This document shows positions 22,325-32,950 of a stretch of 64,000 nt of DNA, in pieces (the stretch's first letter is position 1; each line of letters starts with the position of its first letter). The stretch lies in NCBI RefSeq assembly GCF_965641715.1, contig NZ_OZ282453.1; one strand, 5' to 3'. The position numbers were made by a program, and so were the translations under genes. The notes under the pieces are model-generated. The model was not told the DNA's origin, made no database searches, and saw only the letters and a program-made list of their open reading frames with translations. This stretch comes from Escherichia coli. GTDB taxonomy: Bacteria > Pseudomonadota > Gammaproteobacteria > Enterobacterales > Enterobacteriaceae.

Positions 22325-23401
22325 ATGAAAGCACTGGCTCGGTTTGGCAAAGCCTTTGGCGGCTACAAGATGATCGATGTGCCACAACCCATTTGTGGCC
22401 CGGAAGATGTAGTGATTGAAATTAAAGCCGCGGCAATCTGCGGCGCAGACATGAAGCACTACAATGTCGATAGCGGTTCTGATGAGTTTAACTCTATCCG
22501 CGGCCATGAGTTCGCAGGTTGTATTGCGCAGGTTGGTGAAAAAGTCAAAGACTGGAAAGTGGGGCAACGCGTCGTGTCGGATAACAGCGGTCACGTCTGC
22601 GGTGTTTGTCCGGCCTGTGAACAAGGTGATTTTCTGTGTTGTACAGAAAAAGTAAACCTTGGTCTGGATAACAATACCTGGGGCGGTGGTTTTTCCAAAT
22701 ATTGTCTGGTTCCTGGTGAAATTCTCAAAATTCATCGTCATGCGTTGTGGGAAATCCCTGATGGTGTTGATTATGAGGACGCAGCCGTACTTGACCCTAT
22801 CTGTAATGCCTACAAATCCATCGCGCAGCAATCGAAATTCCTTCCTGGTCAGGATGTGGTCGTCATCGGCACTGGCCCACTCGGGCTGTTCTCCGTACAA
22901 ATGGCGCGGATTATGGGGGCGGTAAATATCGTTGTCGTTGGTCTGCAAGAAGATGTGGCGGTCCGCTTCCCGGTTGCAAAAGAACTGGGTGCGACGGCAG
23001 TAGTAAATGGTTCTACCGAAGATGTGGTGGCGCGCTGCCAGCAAATTTGTGGCAAAGACAATCTGGGACTGGTGATTGAATGCTCCGGTGCCAATATCGC
23101 ACTTAAACAAGCCATCGAAATGCTCCGCCCAAACGGGGAAGTGGTACGCGTTGGAATGGGCTTCAAACCTCTTGATTTCTCGATTAATGACATTACCGCC
23201 TGGAACAAAAGCATCATTGGGCATATGGCCTATGACTCAACCTCATGGCGTAACGCTATCAGGCTATTAGCCAGCGGCGCTATCAAAGTCAAACCGATGA
23301 TCACGCATCGTATCGGCCTGTCGCAATGGCGCGAAGGGTTTGATGCGATGGTCGATAAAACCGCAATCAAAGTGATCATGACTTACGACTTTGATGAATA
23401 A
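22325..23401 (+). CDS. ydjL: Zinc-dependent alcohol/polyol dehydrogenase (MDR family)
   Basis: 358-aa ORF with GHE and Cys zinc ligands. Confidence 0.9.
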   Translation: MKALARFGKAFGGYKMIDVPQPICGPEDVVIEIKAAAICGADMKHYNVDSGSDEFNSIRGHEFAGCIAQVGEKVKDWKVGQRVVSDNSGHVCGVCPACEQGDFLCCTEKVNLGLDNNTWGGGFSKYCLVPGEILKIHRHALWEIPDGVDYEDAAVLDPICNAYKSIAQQSKFLPGQDVVVIGTGPLGLFSVQMARIMGAVNIVVVGLQEDVAVRFPVAKELGATAVVNGSTEDVVARCQQICGKDNLGLVIECSGANIALKQAIEMLRPNGEVVRVGMGFKPLDFSINDITAWNKSIIGHMAYDSTSWRNAIRLLASGAIKVKPMITHRIGLSQWREGFDAMVDKTAIKVIMTYDFDE

Positions 23402-23427
23402 CAACTTTCCTGAAGGAACGTTATCGC

Positions 23428-24807
23428 ATGGAACAGATAACAAAACCGCATTGTGGTGCACGGCTGGATCGCTTACCGGATTGCCGCTGGCATTCGTCAA
23501 TGTTTGCCATCGTCGCGTTTGGCTTGCTTGTCTGCTGGAGTAATGCCGTTGGTGGCTTGATCCTCGCGCAGCTGAAAGCGTTGGGCTGGACAGATAATTC
23601 CACCACAGCCACATTCTCAGCAATCACGACCGCCGGAATGTTTCTCGGTGCGCTGGTGGGCGGCATCATTGGCGACAAAACCGGTCGCAGAAATGCGTTC
23701 ATCCTCTATGAGGCCATTCATATTGCCTCGATGGTTGTCGGTGCTTTCTCACCGAATATGGATTTCCTTATTGCCTGCCGTTTTGTGATGGGAGTTGGGC
23801 TGGGAGCTTTACTGGTTACGCTGTTTGCTGGTTTCACCGAATATATGCCCGGTAGAAATCGTGGAACGTGGTCAAGTCGGGTTTCCTTTATTGGCAACTG
23901 GTCATATCCGCTCTGTTCATTGATAGCGATGGGACTCACGCCGCTGATTAGTGCAGAGTGGAACTGGCGGGTACAACTGCTTATCCCTGCAATATTGTCG
24001 CTTATCGCTACGGCGCTGGCCTGGCGCTACTTTCCTGAATCCCCGCGCTGGCTGGAATCGCGCGGACGGTATCAGGAAGCCGAGAAAGTCATGCGGAGTA
24101 TAGAAGAAGGCGTCATACACCAGACGGGTAAACCTTTGCCGCCCGTGGTTATTGCTGATGACGGTAAAACGCCACAAGCGGTGCCGTATTCAGCCTTACT
24201 GACAGGAGTATTACTGAAACGCGTGATATTAGGCTCTTGTGTGCTGATTGCCATGAACGTTGTGCAGTACACACTAATTAACTGGTTGCCAACGATATTC
24301 ATGACCCAGGGGATTAATTTAAAAGACTCGATTGTTTTAAATACCATGAGTATGTTTGGCGCGCCATTTGGCATTTTTATTGCCATGCTGGTGATGGATA
24401 AAATTCCGCGTAAAACAATGGGTGTGGGGCTATTAATCCTGATTGCGGTGCTCGGATATATCTATTCACTGCAAACCAGTATGTTGCTCATAACGTTGAT
24501 TGGTTTCTTCCTGATTACTTTTGTCTATATGTACGTTTGCTATGCCTCGGCAGTGTATGTCCCTGAGATCTGGCCGACAGAGGCCAAACTCCGTGGCTCC
24601 GGTCTGGCGAATGCGGTAGGGCGAATCAGTGGTATTGCCGCACCTTATGCCGTTGCAGTGCTGCTCAGTAGTTATGGCGTTACGGGAGTCTTTATTCTTC
24701 TGGGGGCGGTTTCAATTATTGTCGCAATTGCTATCGCCACTATTGGAATCGAAACCAAAGGTGTCTCCGTTGAAAGTTTAAGTATTGATGCAGTAGCCAA
24801 TAAATAA
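23428..24807 (+). CDS. ydjK: MFS sugar transporter
   Basis: 459-aa 12-TM ORF. Confidence 0.9.
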   Translation: MEQITKPHCGARLDRLPDCRWHSSMFAIVAFGLLVCWSNAVGGLILAQLKALGWTDNSTTATFSAITTAGMFLGALVGGIIGDKTGRRNAFILYEAIHIASMVVGAFSPNMDFLIACRFVMGVGLGALLVTLFAGFTEYMPGRNRGTWSSRVSFIGNWSYPLCSLIAMGLTPLISAEWNWRVQLLIPAILSLIATALAWRYFPESPRWLESRGRYQEAEKVMRSIEEGVIHQTGKPLPPVVIADDGKTPQAVPYSALLTGVLLKRVILGSCVLIAMNVVQYTLINWLPTIFMTQGINLKDSIVLNTMSMFGAPFGIFIAMLVMDKIPRKTMGVGLLILIAVLGYIYSLQTSMLLITLIGFFLITFVYMYVCYASAVYVPEIWPTEAKLRGSGLANAVGRISGIAAPYAVAVLLSSYGVTGVFILLGAVSIIVAIAIATIGIETKGVSVESLSIDAVANK

Positions 24808-24822
24808 TACGGTGGATTCAAA

Positions 24823-25866
24823 ATGAAAAATTCAAAAGCAATATTGCAGGTGCCGGGCACAATGAAAATTATTTCAGCAGAAATACCAGTGCCTAAAGAA
24901 GATGAAGTTTTGATTAAAGTAGAATATGTCGGTATTTGTGGTTCAGATGTACATGGTTTTGAATCAGGTCCGTTTATTCCGCCTAAAGACCCAAATCAAG
25001 AAATTGGCCTGGGTCATGAATGCGCCGGGACGGTTGTGGCTGTGGGAAGCCGCGTGCGCAAATTTAAACCGGGGGATCGGGTAAATATCGAACCTGGCGT
25101 TCCTTGCGGTCACTGTCGTTACTGTCTGGAAGGCAAATATAACATCTGCCCGGACGTTGATTTTATGGCGACACAACCCAACTACCGCGGCGCATTAACG
25201 CACTATCTGTGTCATCCGGAGAGCTTTACTTACAAACTGCCCGACAATATGGACACGATGGAAGGGGCGCTGGTGGAGCCTGCCGCAGTCGGGATGCATG
25301 CCGCGATGCTGGCAGATGTTAAACCGGGTAAGAAGATAATTATTCTGGGAGCAGGTTGTATTGGTTTGATGACGTTGCAAGCGTGCAAATGCCTGGGAGC
25401 AACGGAAATTGCCGTCGTTGATGTGCTGGAAAAACGTCTGGCAATGGCGGAACAGCTTGGTGCGACAGTGGTTATTAACGGCGCAAAAGAAGACACTATT
25501 GCACGCTGTCAGCAATTTACCGAAGACATGGGCGCAGATATTGTTTTCGAAACAGCGGGTTCTGCGGTCACCGTTAAACAGGCACCTTATCTGGTAATGC
25601 GCGGCGGTAAAATTATGATTGTTGGTACTGTACCCGGCGATTCGGCAATCAATTTCCTCAAAATAAATCGCGAAGTTACTATCCAGACGGTATTCCGCTA
25701 CGCCAATCGTTATCCGGTCACGATTGAAGCTATTTCTTCAGGGCGATTCGATGTGAAATCGATGGTGACGCATATTTACGATTATCGGGATGTACAACAG
25801 GCATTTGAAGAGTCAGTTAACAATAAACGCGACATTATTAAAGGCGTTATTAAGATTAGCGATTAA
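24823..25866 (+). CDS. ydjJ: Zinc-dependent dehydrogenase (MDR family)
   Basis: 347-aa ORF with GICGSDVH and GHE motifs. Confidence 0.9.
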   Translation: MKNSKAILQVPGTMKIISAEIPVPKEDEVLIKVEYVGICGSDVHGFESGPFIPPKDPNQEIGLGHECAGTVVAVGSRVRKFKPGDRVNIEPGVPCGHCRYCLEGKYNICPDVDFMATQPNYRGALTHYLCHPESFTYKLPDNMDTMEGALVEPAAVGMHAAMLADVKPGKKIIILGAGCIGLMTLQACKCLGATEIAVVDVLEKRLAMAEQLGATVVINGAKEDTIARCQQFTEDMGADIVFETAGSAVTVKQAPYLVMRGGKIMIVGTVPGDSAINFLKINREVTIQTVFRYANRYPVTIEAISSGRFDVKSMVTHIYDYRDVQQAFEESVNNKRDIIKGVIKISD

Positions 25867-25886
25867 TTAATACGGGAGAACAGAAC

Positions 25887-26723
25887 ATGCTCGCAGATAT
25901 CAGATATTGGGAAAACGATGCCACAAATAAACGTTATGCTATTGCCCATTTTAATGTATGGAATGCAGAAATGTTGATGGGCGTTATCGACGCAGCCGAA
26001 GAAGCGAAATCACCGGTTATTATTTCTTTTGGCACAGGTTTTGTCGGCAACACCTCATTTGAAGATTTCTCTCACATGATGGTATCAATGGCACAAAAAG
26101 CAACGGTGCCGGTAATAACTCATTGGGATCATGGTCGGAGTATGGAGATTATTCATAACGCCTGGACTCATGGGATGAATTCATTAATGCGTGATGCTTC
26201 CGCATTTGATTTCGAAGAAAATATTCGTTTAACCAAAGAGGCTGTTGATTTTTTCCATCCGCTGGGTATTCCGGTAGAGGCGGAATTAGGGCATGTCGGT
26301 AATGAAACCGTTTATGAGGAAGCTCTGGCGGGCTATCACTATACCGATCCTGACCAGGCGGCTGAATTTGTTGAACGTACGGGCTGTGACTCATTGGCTG
26401 TCGCCATCGGCAACCAGCATGGGGTTTATACGTCAGAGCCACAATTGAACTTTGAGGTCGTCAAACGCGTACGCGATGCCGTGTCTGTTCCGCTGGTTTT
26501 GCATGGCGCATCGGGGATCAGTGATGCCGACATTAAAACTGCAATTTCGTTGGGTATCGCGAAAATCAACATCCATACGGAGCTCTGTCAGGCCGCAATG
26601 GTCGCAGTGAAAGAAAACCAGGATCAGCCTTTCCTGCATTTAGAACGTGAAGTACGTAAAGCTGTAAAAGAACGGGCATTGGAAAAAATTAAACTGTTCG
26701 GTTCTGATGGCAAAGCGGAATAA
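25887..26723 (+). CDS. ydjI: Class II (metal-dependent) aldolase
   Basis: 278-aa ORF, fructose-bisphosphate/tagatose-bisphosphate aldolase-like. Confidence 0.9.
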   Translation: MLADIRYWENDATNKRYAIAHFNVWNAEMLMGVIDAAEEAKSPVIISFGTGFVGNTSFEDFSHMMVSMAQKATVPVITHWDHGRSMEIIHNAWTHGMNSLMRDASAFDFEENIRLTKEAVDFFHPLGIPVEAELGHVGNETVYEEALAGYHYTDPDQAAEFVERTGCDSLAVAIGNQHGVYTSEPQLNFEVVKRVRDAVSVPLVLHGASGISDADIKTAISLGIAKINIHTELCQAAMVAVKENQDQPFLHLEREVRKAVKERALEKIKLFGSDGKAE

Positions 26724-26727
26724 TGAT

Positions 26728-27675
26728 ATGGATAATCTCGACGTTATTTGTATAGGTGCCGCTATTGTTGATATTCCATTGCAACCGGTCAGTAAAAATA
26801 TCTTTGATGTGGATTCTTATCCTCTTGAAAGAATCGCAATGACCACCGGGGGTGATGCAATAAATGAAGCAACAATTATTTCTCGTCTGGGCCATCGCAC
26901 AGCATTAATGAGTCGTGTTGGTAAAGATGCCGCAGGGCAGTTTATTCTCGACCATTGCCGCAAAGAGAATATTGATATTCAAAGCCTGAAACAGGACGTC
27001 AACATAGATACCTCTATTAACGTAGGACTGGTGACGGAGGATGGCGAGCGGACGTTTGTCACAAACCGTAACGGCAGTCTGTGGAAATTGAATATTGACG
27101 ATGTTGATTTTGCGCGGTTTTCTCAGGCGAAATTATTATCACTGGCCAGTATTTTCAACAGTCCACTATTAGATGGTAAAGCGCTAACAGAAATTTTTAC
27201 GCAAGCTAAAGCCCGGCAGATGATTATCTGTGCCGATATGATCAAACCGCGGTTGAATGAAACGCTGGATGATATTTGCGAAGCATTGAGTTATGTCGAT
27301 TATCTGTTTCCTAATTATGCCGAGGCAAAATTACTCACCGGGAAAGAGACACTGGATGAAATTGCTGACTGCTTTCTTGCGTGCGGCGTAAAAACGGTGG
27401 TGATTAAAACGGGTAAAGACGGCTGCTTTATCAAGCGTGGTGACATGACGATGAAGGTGCCGGCGGTCGCAGGAATAACCGCCATCGACACCATTGGCGC
27501 GGGCGATAACTTTGCTTCAGGTTTTATTGCGGCACTGTTAGAAGGCAAAAATCTGCGTGAATGCGCACGCTTTGCCAATGCAACGGCGGCTATCTCGGTT
27601 CTAAGCGTCGGTGCCACCACCGGCGTAAAAAACAGAAAGCTGGTCGAACAATTGCTGGAAGAATACGAAGGATAA
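26728..27675 (+). CDS. ydjH: PfkB-family sugar kinase
   Basis: ORF 26707-27675 trimmed to the ATG at 26728 (315 aa, MDNLDVICIG...); GAGDNF motif. Confidence 0.9.
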   Translation: MDNLDVICIGAAIVDIPLQPVSKNIFDVDSYPLERIAMTTGGDAINEATIISRLGHRTALMSRVGKDAAGQFILDHCRKENIDIQSLKQDVNIDTSINVGLVTEDGERTFVTNRNGSLWKLNIDDVDFARFSQAKLLSLASIFNSPLLDGKALTEIFTQAKARQMIICADMIKPRLNETLDDICEALSYVDYLFPNYAEAKLLTGKETLDEIADCFLACGVKTVVIKTGKDGCFIKRGDMTMKVPAVAGITAIDTIGAGDNFASGFIAALLEGKNLRECARFANATAAISVLSVGATTGVKNRKLVEQLLEEYEG

Positions 27676-27684
27676 TGAAGGCAA

Positions 27685-28665
27685 ATGAAAAAGATACCTT
27701 TAGGCACAACGGATATAACGCTTTCGCGAATGGGTTTGGGGACATGGGCCATTGGCGGCGGTCCTGCATGGAATGGCGATCTCGATCGGCAAATATGTAT
27801 TGATACGATTCTTGAAGCCCATCGTTGCGGCATTAATCTGATTGATACTGCGCCAGGATATAACTTTGGCAATAGTGAAGTTATCGTCGGTCAGGCGTTA
27901 AAAAAACTGCCCCGTGAACAGGTTGTAGTAGAAACCAAATGCGGCATTGTCTGGGAACGAAAAGGGAGTTTATTCAACAAAGTTGGCGATCGGCAGTTGT
28001 ATAAAAACCTTTCCCCGGAATCTATCCGCGAAGAGGTAGAAGCCAGCTTGCAACGTCTGGGTATTGATTACATCGATATCTACATGACGCACTGGCAGTC
28101 GGTGCCGCCATTTTATACGCCGATCGCTGAAACTGTCGCAGTGCTTAATGAGTTAAAGGCTGAAGGGAAAATTCGCGCTATAGGCGCTGCTAACGTCGAT
28201 GCTGACCATATCCGCGAGTATCTGCAATATGGTGAACTGGATATTATTCAGGCGAAATACAGTATCCTCGACCGGGCAATGGAAAACGAACTGCTGCCGC
28301 TATGTCGTGATAATGGCATTGTGGTTCAGGTTTATTCCCCGCTAGAGCAGGGATTGTTGACCGGCACCATCACTCGTGATTACGTTCCGGGCGGCGCTCG
28401 GGCAAATAAAGTCTGGTTCCAGCGTGAAAACATGCTGAAAGTGATTGATATGCTTGAACAGTGGCAGCCACTTTGTGCTCGTTATCAGTGCACAATTCCC
28501 ACTCTGGCACTGGCGTGGATATTAAAACAGAGTGATTTAATCTCCATTCTTAGTGGGGCTACTGCACCGGAACAGGTACGCGAAAATGTCGCGGCACTGA
28601 ATATCAACTTATCGGATGCAGACGCAACATTGATGAGGGAAATGGCAGAGGCCCTGGAGCGTTAA
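27685..28665 (+). CDS. ydjG: Aldo-keto reductase
   Basis: 326-aa AKR-family ORF. Confidence 0.9.
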   Translation: MKKIPLGTTDITLSRMGLGTWAIGGGPAWNGDLDRQICIDTILEAHRCGINLIDTAPGYNFGNSEVIVGQALKKLPREQVVVETKCGIVWERKGSLFNKVGDRQLYKNLSPESIREEVEASLQRLGIDYIDIYMTHWQSVPPFYTPIAETVAVLNELKAEGKIRAIGAANVDADHIREYLQYGELDIIQAKYSILDRAMENELLPLCRDNGIVVQVYSPLEQGLLTGTITRDYVPGGARANKVWFQRENMLKVIDMLEQWQPLCARYQCTIPTLALAWILKQSDLISILSGATAPEQVRENVAALNINLSDADATLMREMAEALER

Positions 28666-28801
28666 ATACTCAACACGATTCACCTCTGTTTCTGTGAAAA
28701 CTGTGATGAAAATCTGTGATTCAAACAGGTTATTTTGAAAGTAAACATCGGTTATGCGATAATCGTGCTAATGTGATGTAAAAAGATACAGGGGTGTAAT
28801 C

Positions 28802-29560
28802 GTGGCGGCAAAAGACAGGATTCAGGCAATTAAGCAAATGGTTGCCAACGATAAAAAGGTGACAGTCTCAAATTTGAGTGGGATTTTTCAGGTAACCGAA
28901 GAAACCATTCGCCGCGATCTTGAGAAGCTGGAAGATGAAGGCTTTTTGACCAGAACTTATGGTGGTGCTGTTTTAAATACAGCGATGTTGACGGAGAATA
29001 TTCATTTTTATAAGCGCGCTTCATCGTTTTATGAAGAGAAGCAGCTTATTGCACGCAAGGCACTACCCTTTATCGACAATAAAACCACCATGGCAGCCGA
29101 TTCCAGTAGTACCGTAATGGAATTGCTCAAATTGTTACAGGACCGTAGTGACCTGACGTTGCTAACCAACTCGGCGGAAGCGATTCATGTTCTGGCTCAG
29201 TCAGAAATTAAAGTCGTTTCAACGGGTGGGGAACTAAACAAAAATACACTTTCACTGCAAGGAAGAATTACTAAAGAGATCATCAGCCGCTATCATGTCG
29301 ATATCATGGTAATGAGTTGTAAAGGTCTTGATATTAACAGCGGCGCGCTGGACTCTAATGAAGCGGAAGCTGAAATCAAAAAGACAATGATCCGTCAGGC
29401 GACAGAAGTTGCGTTATTGGTTGATCACTCTAAGTTTGATCGCAAAGCTTTTGTCCAGTTAGCTGACTTTAGTCATATTAATTACATAATAACTGATAAA
29501 TCACCGGGTGCAGAGTGGATAGCATTTTGCAAAGACAATAATATCCAGCTGGTGTGGTAA
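28802..29560 (+). CDS. ydjF: DeoR-family transcriptional regulator
   Basis: 252-aa ORF with a GTG start; N-terminal HTH and DeoR C-domain. Confidence 0.9.
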   Translation: MAAKDRIQAIKQMVANDKKVTVSNLSGIFQVTEETIRRDLEKLEDEGFLTRTYGGAVLNTAMLTENIHFYKRASSFYEEKQLIARKALPFIDNKTTMAADSSSTVMELLKLLQDRSDLTLLTNSAEAIHVLAQSEIKVVSTGGELNKNTLSLQGRITKEIISRYHVDIMVMSCKGLDINSGALDSNEAEAEIKKTMIRQATEVALLVDHSKFDRKAFVQLADFSHINYIITDKSPGAEWIAFCKDNNIQLVW

Positions 29561-29677
29561 TTTAAGCACACGTTGTCAATATTATTTGTTCCTGCGCCTG
29601 GAAATAAAATGATGATAAAGATGCGGCAAGTGAATTTGCCGCAATTGCTACCTTTTTTAGCAAATCCGAGGCACCCA

Positions 29678-31036
29678 ATGGAACAATATGATCAAATTGG
29701 CGCAAGACTGGACCGCTTGCCTTTGGCCCGGTTTCATTATCGTATATTTGGTATTATAAGCTTTAGTCTGTTATTAACAGGGTTTTTGAGTTACTCCGGT
29801 AATGTCGTCTTAGCAAAGCTGGTAAGCAATGGATGGTCAAATAATTTCCTCAATGCCGCCTTTACCTCGGCATTAATGTTTGGTTATTTCATCGGCTCTC
29901 TTACCGGTGGGTTCATCGGTGATTACTTTGGGCGGCGCAGGGCGTTTCGCATAAATCTTCTCATCGTCGGTATTGCTGCAACAGGGGCCGCTTTTGTCCC
30001 TGATATGTACTGGCTCATCTTCTTTCGCTTCCTGATGGGAACAGGAATGGGGGCGCTGATTATGGTTGGCTATGCCTCATTTACGGAGTTTATCCCCGCG
30101 ACGGTGCGTGGAAAATGGTCCGCGCGGCTCTCATTTGTTGGTAACTGGTCGCCCATGCTGTCTGCGGCGATAGGTGTGGTGGTTATCGCTTTTTTTAGTT
30201 GGCGGATAATGTTTCTGTTGGGTGGTATTGGCATACTGTTAGCCTGGTTTCTCTCAGGTAAATACTTTATCGAGTCGCCACGATGGCTGGCAGGGAAAGG
30301 GCAAATCGCAGGTGCAGAATGCCAACTTCGTGAAGTAGAGCAGCAAATTGAAAGAGAGAAGAGTATTCGTTTACCCCCGCTTACTTCGTATCAGAGCAAC
30401 AGCAAGGTTAACGTAATCAAGGGTACTTTCTGGCTCCTGTTTAAAGGTGAAATGTTACGACGTACATTAGTCGCGATTACTGTTTTAATTGCAATGAACA
30501 TTTCGCTTTATACCATCACCGTATGGATACCGACCATATTTGTTAACTCCGGCATTGATGTCGATAAATCAATATTAATGACCGCTGTTATTATGATTGG
30601 CGCTCCGGTAGGAATATTTATTGCGGCATTAATTATTGATCATTTTCCTCGTCGGTTATTTGGCTCCACCTTACTTATTATTATTGCCGTGTTAGGCTAT
30701 ATCTATTCAATTCAGACTACAGAGTGGGCGATTTTAATCTATGGCCTGGTGATGATCTTCTTTTTATACATGTATGTTTGCTTCGCGTCGGCGGTTTATA
30801 TCCCGGAGCTTTGGCCAACGCATTTACGCCTGCGCGGTTCGGGTTTCGTTAATGCCGTCGGACGGATCGTCGCAGTCTTCACGCCCTATGGCGTTGCGGC
30901 ATTATTAACACATTATGGGTCGATCACGGTGTTTATGGTGCTTGGTGTTATGTTAGTGCTCTGTGCGCTGGTTCTCTCTATTTTTGGCATCGAAACGCGG
31001 AAGGTGTCGTTGGAAGAGATTTCTGAGGTGAATTAA
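29678..31036 (+). CDS. ydjE: MFS transporter
   Basis: ORF 29573-31036 trimmed to the ATG at 29678 (452 aa, MEQYDQIGARL...); paralogous to ydjK. Confidence 0.9.
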   Translation: MEQYDQIGARLDRLPLARFHYRIFGIISFSLLLTGFLSYSGNVVLAKLVSNGWSNNFLNAAFTSALMFGYFIGSLTGGFIGDYFGRRRAFRINLLIVGIAATGAAFVPDMYWLIFFRFLMGTGMGALIMVGYASFTEFIPATVRGKWSARLSFVGNWSPMLSAAIGVVVIAFFSWRIMFLLGGIGILLAWFLSGKYFIESPRWLAGKGQIAGAECQLREVEQQIEREKSIRLPPLTSYQSNSKVNVIKGTFWLLFKGEMLRRTLVAITVLIAMNISLYTITVWIPTIFVNSGIDVDKSILMTAVIMIGAPVGIFIAALIIDHFPRRLFGSTLLIIIAVLGYIYSIQTTEWAILIYGLVMIFFLYMYVCFASAVYIPELWPTHLRLRGSGFVNAVGRIVAVFTPYGVAALLTHYGSITVFMVLGVMLVLCALVLSIFGIETRKVSLEEISEVN

Positions 31037-31088
31037 ATCTTTCGTTGATGGCATCAATTGCCAGATGTGCCACTGACGTGTTTTATTT

Positions 31089-31119
31089 GGCCTACAATGC
31101 CAGTACAGAATTGTAGGCC
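31089..31119. repeat. Palindromic REP-like element between ydjE and pncA
   Basis: ggcctacaat...attgtaggcc perfect 10-bp arms. Confidence 0.35.
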
Positions 31120-31128
31120 AGCGTAAAA

Positions 31129-31770
31129 TTACCCCTGCGTCTCTTCCCAGTCTGCCAGCGTATATAGCGTTGCCCCAGCTGCTGACATCTCCATAAACGC
31201 GTGCGCACTGTCCTGTGGCTGAATATTCACGCCACGACAACCATCGGTAATCACGTTCACCTTATAACCTAACTGTAACGCATCCAGCACGGTAAACTTC
31301 ACGCAATAGTCAGTAGCCAGGCCCATAACGATCAATTCATCGATTTCATGATCGCGTAACCAGTCATCGAGCGTGGTTTTCTGCCGACGGCCGTTATCAA
31401 AAAAGGCACTGTAACTGTCAACTAAAGGATTTTCGCCTTTATGGAACACCGCTGCGATCGCTTTTTGGTTCAGTAACGGATGTAATTGTGCGCCTTCACT
31501 GTTCTGCACACAGTGATCTGGCCAGAAGGTTTGTGGCAAACCGTCGAGTTGACCTGGCGTATAAGGCTCGACACTGTGCTGACTGGCAAAACTGCCGTGA
31601 TTCGCCGGGTGCCAGTCCTGACTGGCGATAACCGCTTCACCGCGCGACTGGCACCAGTCAATCAGGCGGTTAGCGACATCCACCGTACTGTCACCTTCCG
31701 GCACGGCGAGCGCGCCACCAGCACAGAAATCATTTTGTAAATCGACCAGTAACAGGGCGCGAGGGGGCAT
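31129..31770 (-). CDS. pncA: Nicotinamidase/pyrazinamidase
   Basis: ORF trimmed to the ATG at 31770 (213 aa, MPPRALLLVDLQNDF...). Confidence 0.9.
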   Translation of the reverse strand: MPPRALLLVDLQNDFCAGGALAVPEGDSTVDVANRLIDWCQSRGEAVIASQDWHPANHGSFASQHSVEPYTPGQLDGLPQTFWPDHCVQNSEGAQLHPLLNQKAIAAVFHKGENPLVDSYSAFFDNGRRQKTTLDDWLRDHEIDELIVMGLATDYCVKFTVLDALQLGYKVNVITDGCRGVNIQPQDSAHAFMEMSAAGATLYTLADWEETQG

Positions 31771-31780
31771 TGCAGTCTCC

Positions 31781-32797
31781 TTAATCATCCGGCGTCAGTT
31801 CGCCGCGCAGGTTTTGGCTCATGGCCTTGCGAATGGTTTCAGTATCCAGTTCCTGGCTAAGCAGGTAATGCAGTTTGGTTAGCGTGGCTTCTACAGTCAT
31901 ATCTGCACCGCCAATAACGCCAGCATGGGCGAGGGCGTTACCGGTGGCATAACCACCCATATTCACTTTACCGGACATACATTGTGTCAGGTTGACCACC
32001 ACAATACCGCGATCGCTGGCTTCTTGTAATTCCTGCAGGAAGGCTTTGTTTTGTGGCGCATTACCCACGCCATAGGAGCGCAGAATCAATGCTTTCACCG
32101 GTTGGCGCAGAAAATTGCGCACGACGTCAGCAGAAATCCCTGGATAAATCGTCACTACGCCAATTGGTTGTGGGGTGATTGGATGTACGATCAATTCCCC
32201 TTCACCGTGCGGGGCGGGTGGCGTATTCAAACGACGAATATGGATACCTGCTTCCAGTAACGGAGGAAGGTTTGGAGAGGCAAACGCATCAAAACCATCG
32301 GCATGGGCTTTGGTAGTGCGGTTGCCGCGATACAGTCGGTTATTAAAAAAGAGTGTTACTTCGTTGATCGGATAATTCGCCGCAACGTACAACGCATTCA
32401 GCAGATTAATTTGTCCGTCAGAGCGTAACTCAGCCAGCGGGATTTGTGACCCTGTCACAATGACCGGTTTACCGAGATTTTCGAGCATGAACGACAGCGC
32501 AGAGGCGGTATATGCCATCGTATCGGTGCCGTGCAGAATGACAAAACCATCATAGTCGTCATAGTGCGCTTTAATATCTTCAGCAATATGCTGCCAGTCT
32601 TCCGGCGTCATATCTGAAGAATCCATCAGCGGCGTATATTCATGAATGGTGAAATCTGGCATCTCCGGGCGATGGAATTCCGGCATCAGCGCCAGTTGGC
32701 GTTGTAGATGACCTGACACCGGTATATAACCCTGCTCGGAACGCTGCATCCCGATGGTCCCGCCCGTGTAGGCGACGTAAATTGATTTCTTTTGCAT
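31781..32797 (-). CDS. ansA: Cytoplasmic L-asparaginase I
   Basis: ORF 31781-32938 trimmed to the internal Met (338 aa, MQKKSIYVAYTGGTIGM...); start may be off by 1 bp. Confidence 0.9.
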   Translation of the reverse strand: MQKKSIYVAYTGGTIGMQRSEQGYIPVSGHLQRQLALMPEFHRPEMPDFTIHEYTPLMDSSDMTPEDWQHIAEDIKAHYDDYDGFVILHGTDTMAYTASALSFMLENLGKPVIVTGSQIPLAELRSDGQINLLNALYVAANYPINEVTLFFNNRLYRGNRTTKAHADGFDAFASPNLPPLLEAGIHIRRLNTPPAPHGEGELIVHPITPQPIGVVTIYPGISADVVRNFLRQPVKALILRSYGVGNAPQNKAFLQELQEASDRGIVVVNLTQCMSGKVNMGGYATGNALAHAGVIGGADMTVEATLTKLHYLLSQELDTETIRKAMSQNLRGELTPDD

Positions 32798-32950
32798 GAT
32801 ATTGATATGAATGATATCGAAAGAGCAAAAGTATATACGTGAGGCAGGGGGAGCGCACCTGATACTATGCGGATAAGGAAATATGGGGCGAGACAGCGGG
32901 AAGAGGATTAAAAATATGGCCGACGATCTGTCGGCCACTCAGTACAAGAC

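Noticed and set aside
22262-23224. 320-aa ORF antisense to ydjL
   Set aside because: Fully overlapped by the ydjL dehydrogenase frame, which carries the conserved zinc-ligand motifs; the antisense product has no recognisable domain.
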